DNA of 64,000 nt from an uncultured Nitrospinota bacterium (GTDB lineage Bacteria; Tectomicrobia; Entotheonellia; J063; CAVPRW01), in contig CAVPRW010000046.1 of the NCBI GenBank assembly GCA_963707985.1, positions 1 to 64,000 on the forward strand, written 5' to 3'. Position numbers and translations under genes: made by a program. Positions 1-11,535 of this stretch are shown one piece after another (the stretch's first letter is position 1; each line of letters begins with the position of its first letter). The notes beneath the pieces are model-generated. The model worked only from the letters and a program-made list of their open reading frames with translations, had not been told where the DNA came from and made no database searches.

Positions 1-296
1 GGTGAAAAATGTATGTCTTCCCGCCATCTTTCACCTCCCAAGAGCTCGCCAGATCGGGGACGACCTCGAGGTTTTCATCGATCGTGACCAGCGTGTTGAA
101 CAGGCTCAAATGACACCTGCACCTGCACGCCCAGCGAAGTATGGGGGTCCATGCCGGGAACATCGGACTCGAAGGCAATACTCAGCGTGCCGCCGGGCTT
201 GGGTTGCTGGGCTGCAGCCACATTGATGAACATCAAGCTGAAAACCGACAGAGTGACAAGACAGATCAAGAGCGACCGTGCGATGTATCGTGTCAT
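1..296 (-). CDS. ABC transporter substrate-binding protein (family 5), 5' part; runs off the window and is frameshifted near 100
   Basis: Signal peptide followed by PKPGGTLSIAFESDVPGMDPH, a typical SBP_bac_5 N-terminus. Confidence 0.8.
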
Positions 297-473
297 ACCA
301 TGCCCTCCAATACCCCCATGAATGCCGCCACGACCTCCCAGCAGATCGTGGCGAAAGTCCGTCGATTTTCTCGCAAGAACATGCCAGGCGACGGTCCAGC
401 CCGCACAGGAAGTGGCCCATCTCTCTGAACGGTTAATGAGCGTGTGACAAGCTGGCGTTGGCGGCAGCGAGGC

Positions 474-2013
474 TCAGCGCGTCTTGAGGCGCATCGCCTC
501 ATAAGGGCTGGTAAAGTAGAGCAAGGCGTTCAAGCCTACTCCCGGCTCCTCCACATGAGGGCCAACGCCATGCAGCGTTGCCGGCTCATAGATTGGCACG
601 TGCATGACCCGCTCATGCATCAGCCGCTGGATCTGATGGAGCAGCGCTTCGCGCTTGCCCCGGTCGCGCTCAACCGACTGCTGGCGGAAGAGCTCATCGA
701 TATCTGCATAGCCGCCGTAGGCGTAGGCTCCCGCTGCTCAGCACATAGGTCTCGATACGGGTGGCGGCATTGCCTAAAGCGCCGGAGGCATTCAAAATAA
801 GCCCTTGCAGCTTCTTCTCCCGCGCCGCGGTGAAGAACGCAGCACGCTCCATAGTGCGCATCTTGGTGCGGATGCCCACGGCACCCAGATAGTTGCTCAC
901 CGCCTCGCCCATAGTAAAGAACGGTGGTAGCGGAGTCAGGTCCCCCGCGTCGAAGCCATTGGGATAGCCGGCCTCGGCCAACAGACGCTTGGCCTGGGCA
1001 GGATTATAGGCGTATGGCTCTGAGCGGTAGGGAGAATTCCAAGGTGCTGGGCATTATCGATCCCGTCAGCCGCGAAAAGCCCAGACGCTCGACTTCATTG
1101 ATCGCTTGCTTATCGAGCGCCAAAGCCGCGGCCAGCCGGACTCGGCGGTCGTGCCACGGGGATTTGGGGTCCCATTGCTCCGGGAACTCAAGCCACCAGG
1201 TGGCGGCTGGGATGACCTGCGCCAGGCGTAATTTGGGGTCCGCCTTGATGGCACTGGCTTCATCACCAATCATGAGGTAGGCGATGTCTGCCTCCCCATT
1301 CTTGAGCATGGCAAGGCGCGTGGTACGCTCTGGGATCCCTTGAAGATGAGGCGGTTGATCGAAGGTGTCTGCCTCCAGTAATGCTCTTGAGCCTTGAGCA
1401 CGAGCTCTACCCCCGGGTCCATGCGGACGAAACGGTACGGCCCGAGCCCGACCGGCTTTTGCTTGAAAGCGTCGTCGCCAATCTGCTCGATGTATTTCTT
1501 AGGCACAATCCAGGCGGCGCCCGTGGCGATCGTGCCGTAAAAGGCCATAAAATCCGGCCACGGTGCCTGCAGGACGAAGCGCACCCGATAGGGATCAAGG
1601 ACCTCAACGGCCTGCACCCGCTCATGCAGCAACTTGGCCGAGGTTCCCTTATAGCGTAGGAAGCTGAATTTCACATCGTCCGCTGTGAAGGGATCGCCGT
1701 TGTGGAAGGTCAGCCCCTCGCGTAGCTTGAATTCATAGGTCAATCCGTCGTCGCTCTCACGCCATGACTCAGCCAGACTGGGGGCCATATCATTCCCAGG
1801 CAGGGGTTTGACCAGCGCGTCATGCAACGCATACAGAAACGTAAATGGCGTGGCGGTGCCGGGTGTGTCAGCAGGATCGAGATATGTCGGCGCAATCGAG
1901 GTGTCAAAGGCAATCACCAGCTGTCCCTCTGGTTTACTGGCGGCAGTAGCATCTCCGAGGACGAGCGTGAGCGCCAAGCCGATCATGCACGATACGGTCA
2001 GGTCCCGATGCAT
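474..2013 (-). CDS. ABC transporter substrate-binding protein (family 5), split by at least 3 frameshifts
   Basis: ORFs 1270-2013, 1004-1309 and 694-981 plus a C-terminus ending PYEAMRLKTR* join into one SBP; motifs LREGLTFHNGDPFTADDVKFS, PVGLGPY, DRRVRLA. Confidence 0.85.
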
Positions 2014-2819
2014 GGATCACCCCCTGCGCTGCGCATAGACCTTACCCAGCTCTTCATAAACTCTCCTCAGCGGCTTATGGGAATGCCAGAACAGTGAAGA
2101 CCGCAATCCAGCGCCACGGCACCATCCCCCATCATTTCCCATACTTCCCGTGTCAGCCCTGATGGTCTTTCGCGCTGCAAGGCATGCGCATGGCCTTACG
2201 GCTTATCCAACCACAATCCTACTGCGATTACGCATGGTGGTGAGCTCCGGGGTCTACCCAGAGGTGCAACGGTCGACCGGATCGCATGCGGACCCCCAGA
2301 CCCTTGATCACTAGGGTGCTAGCAGGTCCTTCAAAGGCTGGCCCCTAGGGTCGCGATCGTTAACCGTGGCTAAAAGTCTCTGCGTCGCAGTGAGAGAAAC
2401 TACCCCTCCAGCAGGAGGGGATTAGAGGCGGGTGAGGAGTTGTGGTCTCGCCAAGAATCGTGTTTGGCGCAGATGACGAAGGAGAACAAGCAATGCCAGG
2501 AGGTGTGGGGATGAGAAGTGAATGTTGCGCATATGGGGGCTCCTTTTTCAGCCGTTGCGAACATGCGCAGCAGGGAAATCTTGTAAGTGGGCGTAGCATA
2601 ATGAAGTCTAAGGATCGTGTCAACGAAAATCACGGTCGCCGATCGCTTCTACCTTAGCGTGAAACGACACCAAAATGCACTTGGGATAGTATCTGCAGAC
2701 AGCGCCAGAGCCATCCGCGGCGTCCGTACAAGCGTCCGAATTCTGCTCGGGGGAGCCCTCCCTGCAGATAAACCCCGCACGACGATGGGGAACTTTCCCG
2801 AAAACCGACGCAACTAATC

Positions 2820-2847
2820 TTGACTTTTCTGTACAGTTTAGTACATT
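2820..2847 (+). promoter_or_regulatory. Putative sigma70 promoter of the suf operon, possibly overlapped by an Rrf2/IscR-type operator
   Basis: TTGACT-N16-TACATT about 120 bp upstream of sufB; AT-rich TAATCTTGACTTTTCTGTACAGTTTA. Confidence 0.55.
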
Positions 2848-2967
2848 ACACATAAGTCGCTTGCGGGCCTGTGATCTGCAAGTGGGGATTGCGAGGACGA
2901 TCGATGCGCCGGTCACTCCTCTGAACGTCGGAATCCCCGCATAGCCAAACGACCTGAGGAGAATGTG

Positions 2968-4422
2968 ATGAGCAGCCAAGCGTTGGATTTACTTACAAGC
3001 CAGGACTATAAATGGGGCTTTGTGACGGATATTGAGCAGGAGGCGATCCCGGCCGGTCTCAACGAGGATATCATCCGTCTCATCTCGGCTAAGAAGAACG
3101 AGCCTGACTGGATGGTCGAATGGCGGCTGAAGGCCTATCGATACTGGGAGAAGCTGGAGAAGTCAGAGGCCGAGCCGAAGTGGGCGAACATACATTACCC
3201 TCCCATTGACTATCAGAATATGGTGTACTTCTCAGCGCCGAAAACAAAAGATGGGCCGAAGAGTCTGGAAGAGGTCGATCCGAAATTGCTTGAGACCTAT
3301 GAAAAGCTCGGCATCCCGTTGTCAGAGCAAAAGCTATTGGCCGGGGTAGCGGTGGATGCGGTGTTTGACAGCGTGTCGGTCGCCACGACCTTCAAGGATA
3401 AATTGGCGGAATTAGGGATCATCTTCTGCTCTCCTCTCTGAAGCGGTCCAGGAGCACCCGGAGCTGGTACAGAAATACCTGGGATGGGGGTGGTACCGTA
3501 TAGCGATAACTTCTTTGCGGCACTGAACGCGGCAGTCTTCAGCGACGGTTCCTTCTGTTATGTGCCGAAGGGCGTGCGCTGCCCGATGGAGTTATCGACC
3601 TACTTCCGCATCAATGCGAAAAATACCGGCCAGTTCGAGCGCACGCTGATCATCGCCGAGGAGGGGAGCTACGTCAGTTATCTCGAAGGTTGCACAGCCC
3701 CAATGCGGGATGAGAACCAGCTGCACGCCGCCGTGGTGGAGCTGGTGGCGCTGGATAACGCCCAGATCAAATACTCCACCGTGCAGAATTGGTATCCAGG
3801 TGATAAAGAGGGCAAGGGTGGCATCTACAACTTTGTCACCAAGCGTGGCAAATGCCTGGGGAAGAATTCCAAGATTTCCTGGACTCAGGTGGAGACCGGC
3901 TCAGCGATCACCTGGAAATACCCGAGCTGCATCCTGCAGGGGGATAACTCGATCGGTGAGTTCTATTCGGTGGCGCTCACCAACAACTACCAGCAGGCCG
4001 ACACCGGCACCAAGATGATTCACATCGGCAAGAACACGAAGAGTACCATCGTGTCGAAGGGTATTTCCGCCGGCCACGGCCAAAATAGCTATCGTGGCCT
4101 GGTGAAAATCTTGAAAGGGGCTACCGGGGCGCGTAATTACTCGCAGTGTGATTCCCTGTTGATGGGTGATAAGTGCGGCGCGCACACCTTCCCCTACCTG
4201 GAGGTGAACAACAGCACCGCCACGGTCGAGCACGAGGCCTCGGTCTCGAAGATCAGCGACGATCAACTCTTCTACTGCAAGCAGCGTGGCATTTCCGCCG
4301 AGGATGCGGTGTCGATGATCGTCAGTGGCTTTTGCAAGCAGGTATTCCGAGAGCTACCGATGGAGTTCGCGGTGGAAGCGCAGAAACTCCTGGGGGTGAG
4401 TCTCGAAGGCAGCGTTGGGTAA
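2968..4422 (+). CDS. sufB: Fe-S cluster assembly protein SufB (frameshifts near 3435-3490, probably sequencing errors)
   Basis: [56 protein letters not shown]; first gene of the suf operon. Confidence 0.95.
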
Positions 4423-4439
4423 AACTGAGAGGACTGACC

Positions 4440-5210
4440 ATGCTGGATATTCGGAATCTTCACGTCAGTGCCGCTGGTCATGAGATCCTGCGCGGCATCG
4501 ATCTTACCGTGAACGCTGGCGAAGTGCATGCCATTATGGGCCCGAACGGCTCGGGCAAAAGCACGCTAGCCCAGGTCTTGGCCGGCCGCGAAGATTACGA
4601 TATCACCGCGGGGCGAGTGCTGTACGAGGGCAAAAACCTGTTGGAGATGTCCCCGGAGGAGCGCGCCCACGAAGGGATTTTTTTGGCGTTTCAATACCCC
4701 GTCGAGATCCCTGGCGTGAGCACGACATACTTTCTCCGCGCCGCCGTCAACGCCATCCGCAAACATCGTGGTCTTGACGAGCTGGATGCGATGGATTTCT
4801 TGACCGTGCTCAGAGACAAAATGCGCCTGGTGGAAATGGACCAGACGTTGCTGAATCGCCCGCTGAACGAGGGTTTTTCCGGCGGAGAAAAGAAGCGCAA
4901 TGAAATCCTACAGATGGCGGTCCTTGACCCAAAGTTAGCGATTCTGGACGAAACCGACTCCGGCCTCGACATCGACGCCTTGCGGGTCATCGCTGGCGGC
5001 GTCAATGGCCTGCGCGGCCCGGAGCGCGCCATGATCGTCATCACCCATTATCAGCGGCTGTTGGACTACATCGTTCCCGATTTCGTGCATGTGCTCGTTG
5101 ACGGCCGCATCGTCAAGTCTGGGGACAAACAATTGGCGCTAGAGCTGGAGCAGAAGGGGTATGGCTGGATCGAGGAGCAGGTGCAAGGCGGTCAGCCAGT
5201 CAACTCCTAG
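4440..5210 (+). CDS. sufC: Fe-S cluster assembly ATPase SufC
   Basis: GPNGSGKST, FLAFQYPVEIPGV, NEGFSGGEKKRNE, LDETDSGLD. Confidence 0.97.
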   Translation: MLDIRNLHVSAAGHEILRGIDLTVNAGEVHAIMGPNGSGKSTLAQVLAGREDYDITAGRVLYEGKNLLEMSPEERAHEGIFLAFQYPVEIPGVSTTYFLRAAVNAIRKHRGLDELDAMDFLTVLRDKMRLVEMDQTLLNRPLNEGFSGGEKKRNEILQMAVLDPKLAILDETDSGLDIDALRVIAGGVNGLRGPERAMIVITHYQRLLDYIVPDFVHVLVDGRIVKSGDKQLALELEQKGYGWIEEQVQGGQPVNS

Positions 5211-5227
5211 AAGGGAAGATTTGCGCC

Positions 5228-6562
5228 ATGACTGAAACGATACAAGATGTTTATCTGGAGAATTTCGCCCAGTTCGAGAGGGAAGTCGCCCAGAATGGGC
5301 AAGCCTGGACTCAGCAGATCCGCAAAGCCGCCATCACTCGCTTCGCCGAGCTGGGATTCCCCACCGTCCATGATGAGGAATGGAAGTATACGAACGTGGC
5401 GCCGATCACCCGCCTCTCGTTCCAACCCGCCAAGCGCCTGGCGCCTGGGTTAGCTGCCGAGGCGCTCGCCGCCGCCACGATTCCAGGTCTCGTGTCCGCT
5501 CAACTCGTCTGTGTCAATGGCCACTTCGTGCCGGAGCTCTCAGCCCTACACGCCTTGCCCAATGGTGTGGAAGTGGGCAGTTTGGCCCAAGCCCTCGCGA
5601 CCCGTCCGTATGGACTCGAGGCGCATCTGGCACGCTACGCCAGTTTTGAGGAGCAGGCGTTTGTCGCCCTCAACACTGCATTCATGCAGGATGGGGCCTA
5701 CGTCTACGTGCCGCGTGGTTGCGTCGTCGACGTGCCCATCCACCTCGTTTTCCTCTCCTTGCCGCAGGGGGACGCCACAGTATCGCATCCCCGCAATTTG
5801 CTCGTGTTCGAGGAAAGCACGCAGGCGACTGTGATCGAAAGCTACATCGGCCTTGGACAGGATGTGTATTTCACTAACGCGGTCACCGAGTGCGTTTTGG
5901 GCCAAAACGCTAGGGTCGAACACTGTAGGCTGGAGTCGGAGAGCACGAGTGCGTTCCACATCGCCACGTTGCAGATCCAGCAAGCACGCAGCAGCAATTG
6001 TGTGTCACATGCCATCACGGTAGGTGGGGCGCTGGCGCGCCATGACATCAATGTGGTCCTGGATGGCGAAGGCGGGGAGAATACGCTGAACGGCCTGTTC
6101 ATGGCGACCGACCAGCAGCACATCGACAATCACACCCGCATCGATCATGTCAGGCCGCACTGTACCAGTCGGGAGCTTTATAAAGGTATTCTCGATGGCA
6201 AGGGTCGAGGCGTCTTCAATGGCAAGGTCGTCGTCCATAAAGATGCCCAGCAAACCGACGCCATGCAGACCAACAAGAACTTGCTCTTGTCACAGGATGC
6301 CAGCATCGACACCAAGCCGCAGTTGGAGATCCTCAACAACGACGTCAAATGTTCCCACGGCTCGACCATCGGCCGCTTGGATGAAAATTCATTGTTCTAT
6401 CTGCGCACGCGCGGGATTGAGGAGGCAGACGCTCGCCGCCTGTTGACCTATGCCTTCGCCAGTGAGCTGGTCGCTCGCATGACGCTTGAACCGTTGCGTA
6501 CCATGCTCAATGGCCGCGTATTGACCTGGTTGCCTCAGAGCCAGAGGGTGAAGGAGGCGTGA
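5228..6562 (+). CDS. sufD: Fe-S cluster assembly protein SufD
   Basis: EEWKYT, GVFNGKV, TKPQLEI..DVKCSHGSTIG, FYLRTRGI. Confidence 0.95.
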   Translation: MTETIQDVYLENFAQFEREVAQNGQAWTQQIRKAAITRFAELGFPTVHDEEWKYTNVAPITRLSFQPAKRLAPGLAAEALAAATIPGLVSAQLVCVNGHFVPELSALHALPNGVEVGSLAQALATRPYGLEAHLARYASFEEQAFVALNTAFMQDGAYVYVPRGCVVDVPIHLVFLSLPQGDATVSHPRNLLVFEESTQATVIESYIGLGQDVYFTNAVTECVLGQNARVEHCRLESESTSAFHIATLQIQQARSSNCVSHAITVGGALARHDINVVLDGEGGENTLNGLFMATDQQHIDNHTRIDHVRPHCTSRELYKGILDGKGRGVFNGKVVVHKDAQQTDAMQTNKNLLLSQDASIDTKPQLEILNNDVKCSHGSTIGRLDENSLFYLRTRGIEEADARRLLTYAFASELVARMTLEPLRTMLNGRVLTWLPQSQRVKEA

Positions 6563-7833
6563 TGAAGAGTGCCACGGAGATGCTTGCCGCGGATGGCCGA
6601 GAGGTACGGCACCGCGCATTCGATGTCTGCAATATTCGTGAAGACTTCCCTATCCTGAGGCGACAGGTGCATGGGAAGCCGCTGGTCTACCTCGACAATG
6701 CCGCCACGAGCCAGAAGCCCCAGGTGGTGATCGATACGATACAGCGCTACTACGCGGAAGAAAATGCCAATATTCACCGCGGCGCTTATTACCTGAGTGA
6801 GCAAGCGACGCAGGCATACGAAGACGCTCGTGTGAAGGTACAACACTTCCTGCACGCCCGGTCGGAGCGCGAGATCATTTTCACACGCAGCGTCACCGAG
6901 GCCATCAACCTGGTTGCGCACTGTTATGGCCGGAAGACCCTCAATGCGGGTGATGAGGTGATCATCTCGGCCATGGAGCATCACTCCAACATCGTGCCCT
7001 GGCAGATCCTCTGCGAGGAGAAGGGTGCCATTCTGCGCGTGGTCCCGATCGACGACGCCGGGGAATTTCTGCTCGATGAGTTCGAGAAACTCCTCAACCC
7101 TCGCACCAAACTGGTGGCTGTCACCCATGTCTCTAACGCCCTCGGCACCATCACGCCGGTGCGGCAGATCATTGACATGGCGCACCACCGCCACATTCCT
7201 GTCCTCATCGATGGTGCCCAGGCCGTGCCCCATTTCAAAGTGGATGTCCAGGAGCTCGACTGCGAGTTTTATGGCTTCTCCGGTCATAAGCTGTACGGCC
7301 CCACAGGCATCGGCATTCTTTATGGCAAGGCCGAGCTCCTGGAGGCTATGCCTCCCTATCAGGGGGGCGGGGATATGATCCGGTCGGTGACCTTTGAGAA
7401 AACCATCTACGCCCCCATTCCCAGTAAGTTCGAGGCGGGGACGCCGCATATCGAGGGTGGTATCGGGCTTGGGACGGCGATCGATTATCTTGAAGGCATC
7501 GGCATGGAGACGATCAACGCCTACGAACAGGAGCTCTTGGCCTATGCCATGAGCGTTGTCAGCGCCATCCCCGGGGTACGTATTTTCGGTACGGCCAGGG
7601 AGAAGGCCGGCGTCATCTCCTTCAGTCTCGAAGGGGTCCATCCCCATGACATCGCCACCATTCTCGACCAGGAAGGTATCGCCATTCGTACCGGCCATCA
7701 TTGTGCGCAGCCGGTGATGGAGCGCTTTGGCGTACCCGCCATGGCGCGTGCGTCACTGGCCTTCTATAATACCAAAGCCGAGGTCGATGCGCTGGTAGCG
7801 GGAATCCACAAGGTCAAGGAGGTGTTCGGCTGA
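6562..7833 (+). CDS. sufS: Cysteine desulfurase SufS
   Basis: YLDNAATSQKP, SGHKLYGPTGIG, RTGHHCAQP. Confidence 0.97.
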   Translation: MKSATEMLAADGREVRHRAFDVCNIREDFPILRRQVHGKPLVYLDNAATSQKPQVVIDTIQRYYAEENANIHRGAYYLSEQATQAYEDARVKVQHFLHARSEREIIFTRSVTEAINLVAHCYGRKTLNAGDEVIISAMEHHSNIVPWQILCEEKGAILRVVPIDDAGEFLLDEFEKLLNPRTKLVAVTHVSNALGTITPVRQIIDMAHHRHIPVLIDGAQAVPHFKVDVQELDCEFYGFSGHKLYGPTGIGILYGKAELLEAMPPYQGGGDMIRSVTFEKTIYAPIPSKFEAGTPHIEGGIGLGTAIDYLEGIGMETINAYEQELLAYAMSVVSAIPGVRIFGTAREKAGVISFSLEGVHPHDIATILDQEGIAIRTGHHCAQPVMERFGVPAMARASLAFYNTKAEVDALVAGIHKVKEVFG

Positions 7834-8285
7834 TGTCCGATCTGCGGGAGTTGTACCAGGACTTGATCATCGATCATAGTAAGCGACCACGCAATTTCAA
7901 GGTGCTGGAGACGGCCGACCGGAAGTTGGAGGGCTATAATCCGCTCTGTGGCGACAAAGTCACGGTGTTCCTGGAATTGGAGGATGATCGTGTGAAAAAC
8001 GTCAGCTTCCAGGGCTCCGGTTGCGCGATCTCCACCGCCTCCGCCTCGGTCATGACGGAAAGTGTCAAGGGCAAAACCCTGGCCGACGTCGAGGCGCTGT
8101 TCGAGGTCTTTCACCAAATGGTTACCGGGAAGCCACCGGCAGCCGGAAACGCTCCGGAGCTGGGCAAACTGGCGGTCTTTTCCGGGGTGTCAGAGTTTCC
8201 TGCTCGCGTCAAATGCGCCACGCTTGCCTGGCATACGTTGCATGCAGCTCTACAAGGTGCAGGGGATCCGGTATCGACGGAGTGA
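7833..8285 (+). CDS. sufU: SUF system sulfur-transfer protein SufU
   Basis: NPLCGD, GCAISTASAS, RVKCATLAW. Confidence 0.95.
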   Translation: MSDLRELYQDLIIDHSKRPRNFKVLETADRKLEGYNPLCGDKVTVFLELEDDRVKNVSFQGSGCAISTASASVMTESVKGKTLADVEALFEVFHQMVTGKPPAAGNAPELGKLAVFSGVSEFPARVKCATLAWHTLHAALQGAGDPVSTE

Positions 8286-8319
8286 ACTTTGAACCGCGAA
8301 ATTTCTTGAGAGGACATTC

Positions 8320-8640
8320 ATGAATACGTTCGAAACGATGGCCCTGGAAGAAAAAGTCGTCGATGTTATTCGTACCTGTTACGATCCTGAAATCCCAGTG
8401 AATATCTACGAGCTTGGCCTGATCTATGAGGTGAAAGTCGATCCGAGCGGCCTCGTGAACGTGAAGATGACCCTTACGGCCCCGAGTTGCCCAGCAGCAC
8501 AATCATTGCCTATCGAAGTGGAATCGAAGGTGGGTTCGGTCGAAGGTGTGAGCGATGTCAATGTCGAGGTGGTTTGGGATCCTCCATGGGAGCCCAGCAT
8601 GATGTCCGAGGCGGCAAAGCTGCAACTGAATATGTTATGA
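8320..8640 (+). CDS. sufT: SUF system Fe-S assembly protein (DUF59/SufT)
   Basis: YDPEIPVNIYELGLIY, MTLTAPSCP, VWDPPW. Confidence 0.9.
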   Translation: MNTFETMALEEKVVDVIRTCYDPEIPVNIYELGLIYEVKVDPSGLVNVKMTLTAPSCPAAQSLPIEVESKVGSVEGVSDVNVEVVWDPPWEPSMMSEAAKLQLNML

Positions 8641-8729
8641 GCCGTAGTCAGGGCGTGTTCGTGTCGTCATGGCCGATGTCATGCGCCAGCACGGCCGATC
8701 GACGCCGTAGAGCCATAAGGAATTAGCTA

Positions 8730-9209
8730 ATGAAGCTCAGCTCCCAGGAAGAATACGGGCTCCGGTGTCTGCTACAAGTGGCACGTCATGACCCCGAGGG
8801 GAGCGTGACGATTCCTGAAATCGCTCGTATCGAAGGCTTATCGATTCCTCATGTTGCCAAGCTCATGCGTTCGCTGCGTCGGGGTGGATTCGTCAAGAGT
8901 GTCCGAGGTCAAGCCGGTGGGTATAAGCTGGCGCGAACGCCGGAGCACATCAATATTGGTGAGGTGTTGGCTTGGCTTGGGGGGCGTCTGTTCGAATCCA
9001 GTTTTTGCAGCATGCATTCCGGGACGGTAGAGCTCTGCACACACTCGGTTGAGTGCTCCATTCGCTCGCTGTGGCAATCGGTGCAGCATGTCGTGGATCA
9101 GGTACTGGGTAAGGTGACGCTCAGCGACCTGCTGAGCGGTGAACGCCAGCAGAGCGCCTGGATGGGCGATCAGACCGGTTTGTTGAGTCTCGTCTCGGAT
9201 CGGCCATAG
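8730..9209 (+). CDS. Rrf2 family transcriptional regulator (IscR/SufR-like, 3 C-terminal Cys)
   Basis: YGLRCL, VKSVRGQAGGYKLAR, FC..H......C....EC. Confidence 0.92.
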   Translation: MKLSSQEEYGLRCLLQVARHDPEGSVTIPEIARIEGLSIPHVAKLMRSLRRGGFVKSVRGQAGGYKLARTPEHINIGEVLAWLGGRLFESSFCSMHSGTVELCTHSVECSIRSLWQSVQHVVDQVLGKVTLSDLLSGERQQSAWMGDQTGLLSLVSDRP

Positions 9210-9349
9210 CGGGTCATGCCCGCTCGGCCGAGGACTACTTATCCCTACATCACCTTCCCTGCTATTGACGCTTGTTTCATTCGTGATCGCCGGCCACCCG
9301 CGTCTTGATCTTCTTAGAAGGTTGTTACAGGTTTCCCCCTGGACGCGTC

Positions 9350-10837
9350 TTACTCTATTTGCCGCGCAAACGCTGCAGCACTCGTCCCGGCGATGCGACC
9401 GAAGACAGCTCCAAGCATGAGCCCTGAACCACTGGGGTAATTGTGATAGAAGATGCCACCAGTGATCTCGCCAGCCGCGTACAGACCAGGGATGAGGACA
9501 CCATTACGGCGCAGGACTTCTCCCGCCTCGTTGACCATCACGCCACCGTAAGTGAAGGTGATGCCACAGCGCACGCCGTAGGCAACAAACGGTGGCTGGT
9601 CCAGACGCAGGGCCCAGTTGGTCTTGGGTGGTTCGATCCCATGAGTTCGCTTACCGTCTTTGATGGTCGGGTTGAAAGGTCCATCCTGGACGGCAGCGTT
9701 ATAGGCGTTGACGGTATGAACCAAAGCCTTAGGGTTCAAGCCCAGCTTTCCGGCCAGAGCTTCGATCGTGTCAGCGGTGATCGGAGGGCTTCCGGAGCCA
9801 TAGCGGGCTTCCAGGCGTTCCACGGTCTGCTGGTCGAAGATCTGGTAGGCAATGCCGCCGGGCTGGCGCAGAATCTCCGGGCCCATGACGGTGTAGCTGT
9901 AGGACTTGAAGTCCATCCCTTCATCGATGAAACGCTGGGCATCCTGGTTGACCATAATGCCGAGGGGGTATGACAGGCGAGCCGTCAGGTCGCCCAGATT
10001 CAGGTCACCCACCTCGGGCGAACCGGCATCCACGGGTACGGCGTGAGCACCGTCCAGATGGCCTCCCAACTGAGCGTCCAGCGCCTCAAGGCGGTCCAGC
10101 AATTCCCCGGTGTTATGCCGGGTGCCCCGGACGTGGACCTGTTCCCACTCGGCTCCCAGGTAACGCGCCCGCCGCGTATCGCTGGCCTCGAAACCCCCAC
10201 AGGCCAGGATCACGGCCTTGGCATGAATGTCCATGAGGCCCTCCGGGGCCTGTGTGCGTACGCCATGGACACGCCCATCGGCGGTGGTTAAGAGGTCCAG
10301 AACCGGTGTATCGTATACCACATCAATGCCCCGTCCCTCGGCGGCCCGGAACAGCCGGTTCGTCAGGCCAGGACCGCCGCTCCAGAACTGGATCACGGCA
10401 CCAGCGGGAAAGTAGATGCGACCTCCCTGCCGTACCGCCGTCTGGTACAGCTCAAAGCTCACACCCAGACTTTGCATCCACCGCACCGTCTGGTAGGAAT
10501 TGTCCACGAGCACACGGGTCAGGGCGGGATCGGCCTTGCCTTCAGACAGGCGCATGATATCGTCGACATATGTCTCTGCCGGATACGGTTCCACTTCCAG
10601 GCGGGTGATTTCGGCCTCGGTCAGGTCTGGCACCAGGGGGAGAATGTCCTCCAGACCGCCCTGAGCAAACCGTACGATTCCCCCAGTGAAACGACTATTG
10701 CCGCCCCGGTCGTCGTAGGGCGCCTTTTCCAGCACCAGCACCTGTGCCCCGGCTTCCCGAGCCGCCAAGGCAGCGGTCAAGGCAGCGTTCCCGGCTCCGA
10801 CGACGACAACTTCGCTGAACAGTTCAGACTCTTCCAT
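9350..10837 (-). CDS. FAD-dependent tricarballylate dehydrogenase TcuA/CobZ-like flavoprotein
   Basis: VVVGAGNAAL, RGGNSRFTGG, GITFTYGG, GLYAAGE..GGIFYHNYPSGSGL. Confidence 0.85.
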   Translation of the reverse strand: MEESELFSEVVVVGAGNAALTAALAAREAGAQVLVLEKAPYDDRGGNSRFTGGIVRFAQGGLEDILPLVPDLTEAEITRLEVEPYPAETYVDDIMRLSEGKADPALTRVLVDNSYQTVRWMQSLGVSFELYQTAVRQGGRIYFPAGAVIQFWSGGPGLTNRLFRAAEGRGIDVVYDTPVLDLLTTADGRVHGVRTQAPEGLMDIHAKAVILACGGFEASDTRRARYLGAEWEQVHVRGTRHNTGELLDRLEALDAQLGGHLDGAHAVPVDAGSPEVGDLNLGDLTARLSYPLGIMVNQDAQRFIDEGMDFKSYSYTVMGPEILRQPGGIAYQIFDQQTVERLEARYGSGSPPITADTIEALAGKLGLNPKALVHTVNAYNAAVQDGPFNPTIKDGKRTHGIEPPKTNWALRLDQPPFVAYGVRCGITFTYGGVMVNEAGEVLRRNGVLIPGLYAAGEITGGIFYHNYPSGSGLMLGAVFGRIAGTSAAAFARQIE

Positions 10838-10992
10838 GGTGTTCCTCCGTCGCGGCTGCACGATGGCCAGGCCGATTCCTTCACTAGCAACAGTGCCTTC
10901 CGTCCCAGTGCTTGTCCGGCAATCATGAAACCCGGACATACGACGCTGACCGCTCACCTGACGACGCCGTGACATCCGCCTTTCGTCACGCC

Positions 10993-11535
10993 TCACAGTG
11001 TGGACGGGGTGCCGGCTGGCATTTCCAGCTTGACGGCTTGCAGGGTGTGGGCCAGGGAGTGGTAATACATGATGAGTAGAATCAAGTCCATGATGCCCTT
11101 GTTGCCAAGCGTCTGCTGCATGGTGTCAAACGTGGCATCGGCGATGTCGTGTGTGGTCAGCAACTCTTTGGCAAAGCGCACCACAGCGGCATCATCGCCA
11201 GTAAGCCCATCAGGAGCGGTGCGGTTACGGATGGCATTGATGATAGGATCGGTGACTCCTTGTTCCCTTGCCAGCCGCTCGTGAGCCGTCCACACATAGT
11301 CGTTGTTCGCTTCCCGAGCCGCGGTGATAATCGCCAGTTCCTTCAGGCGAGATGGTACATCACCGTGAAATCGTACGTACTCACCAAAAGCCGCAAAGCG
11401 TCCCCCCGCCTCCGGGCTATTCAACAAGGTCTGGAAGTTGGGGCCGACCCGCCCCCGGCTGCCGGCAATGGCATCAAAATGCTTCTGCTGCTCAGGTGGC
11501 AATTGCTCCCGCTGGACATACGGCACGCGCGCCAT
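10993..11535 (-). CDS. Carboxymuconolactone decarboxylase/AhpD-like family protein
   Basis: LKELAIITAARE...YVWTAH motif. Confidence 0.85.
   Translation of the reverse strand: MARVPYVQREQLPPEQQKHFDAIAGSRGRVGPNFQTLLNSPEAGGRFAAFGEYVRFHGDVPSRLKELAIITAAREANNDYVWTAHERLAREQGVTDPIINAIRNRTAPDGLTGDDAAVVRFAKELLTTHDIADATFDTMQQTLGNKGIMDLILLIMYYHSLAHTLQAVKLEMPAGTPSTL

Noticed and set aside
2968..4422. Split sufB (also the ABC SBP, LLM, glycosyl hydrolase and LysM genes) as pseudogenes, inteins or programmed recoding
   Set aside because: These are isolated 1-bp indels, often in homopolymers, in otherwise intact proteins; long-read error is the simplest explanation.
6535..7701. Long antisense or alternative-frame ORFs (also 17101-18081, 28020-29042, 58360-59376)
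   Set aside because: They are shadows of real genes or of GC-rich, stop-poor DNA and show no motifs.
2968..9209. Functional link between the suf operon and the eCIS YkgJ-like protein
   Set aside because: They are about 30 kb apart with unrelated genes between; proximity alone is not evidence.
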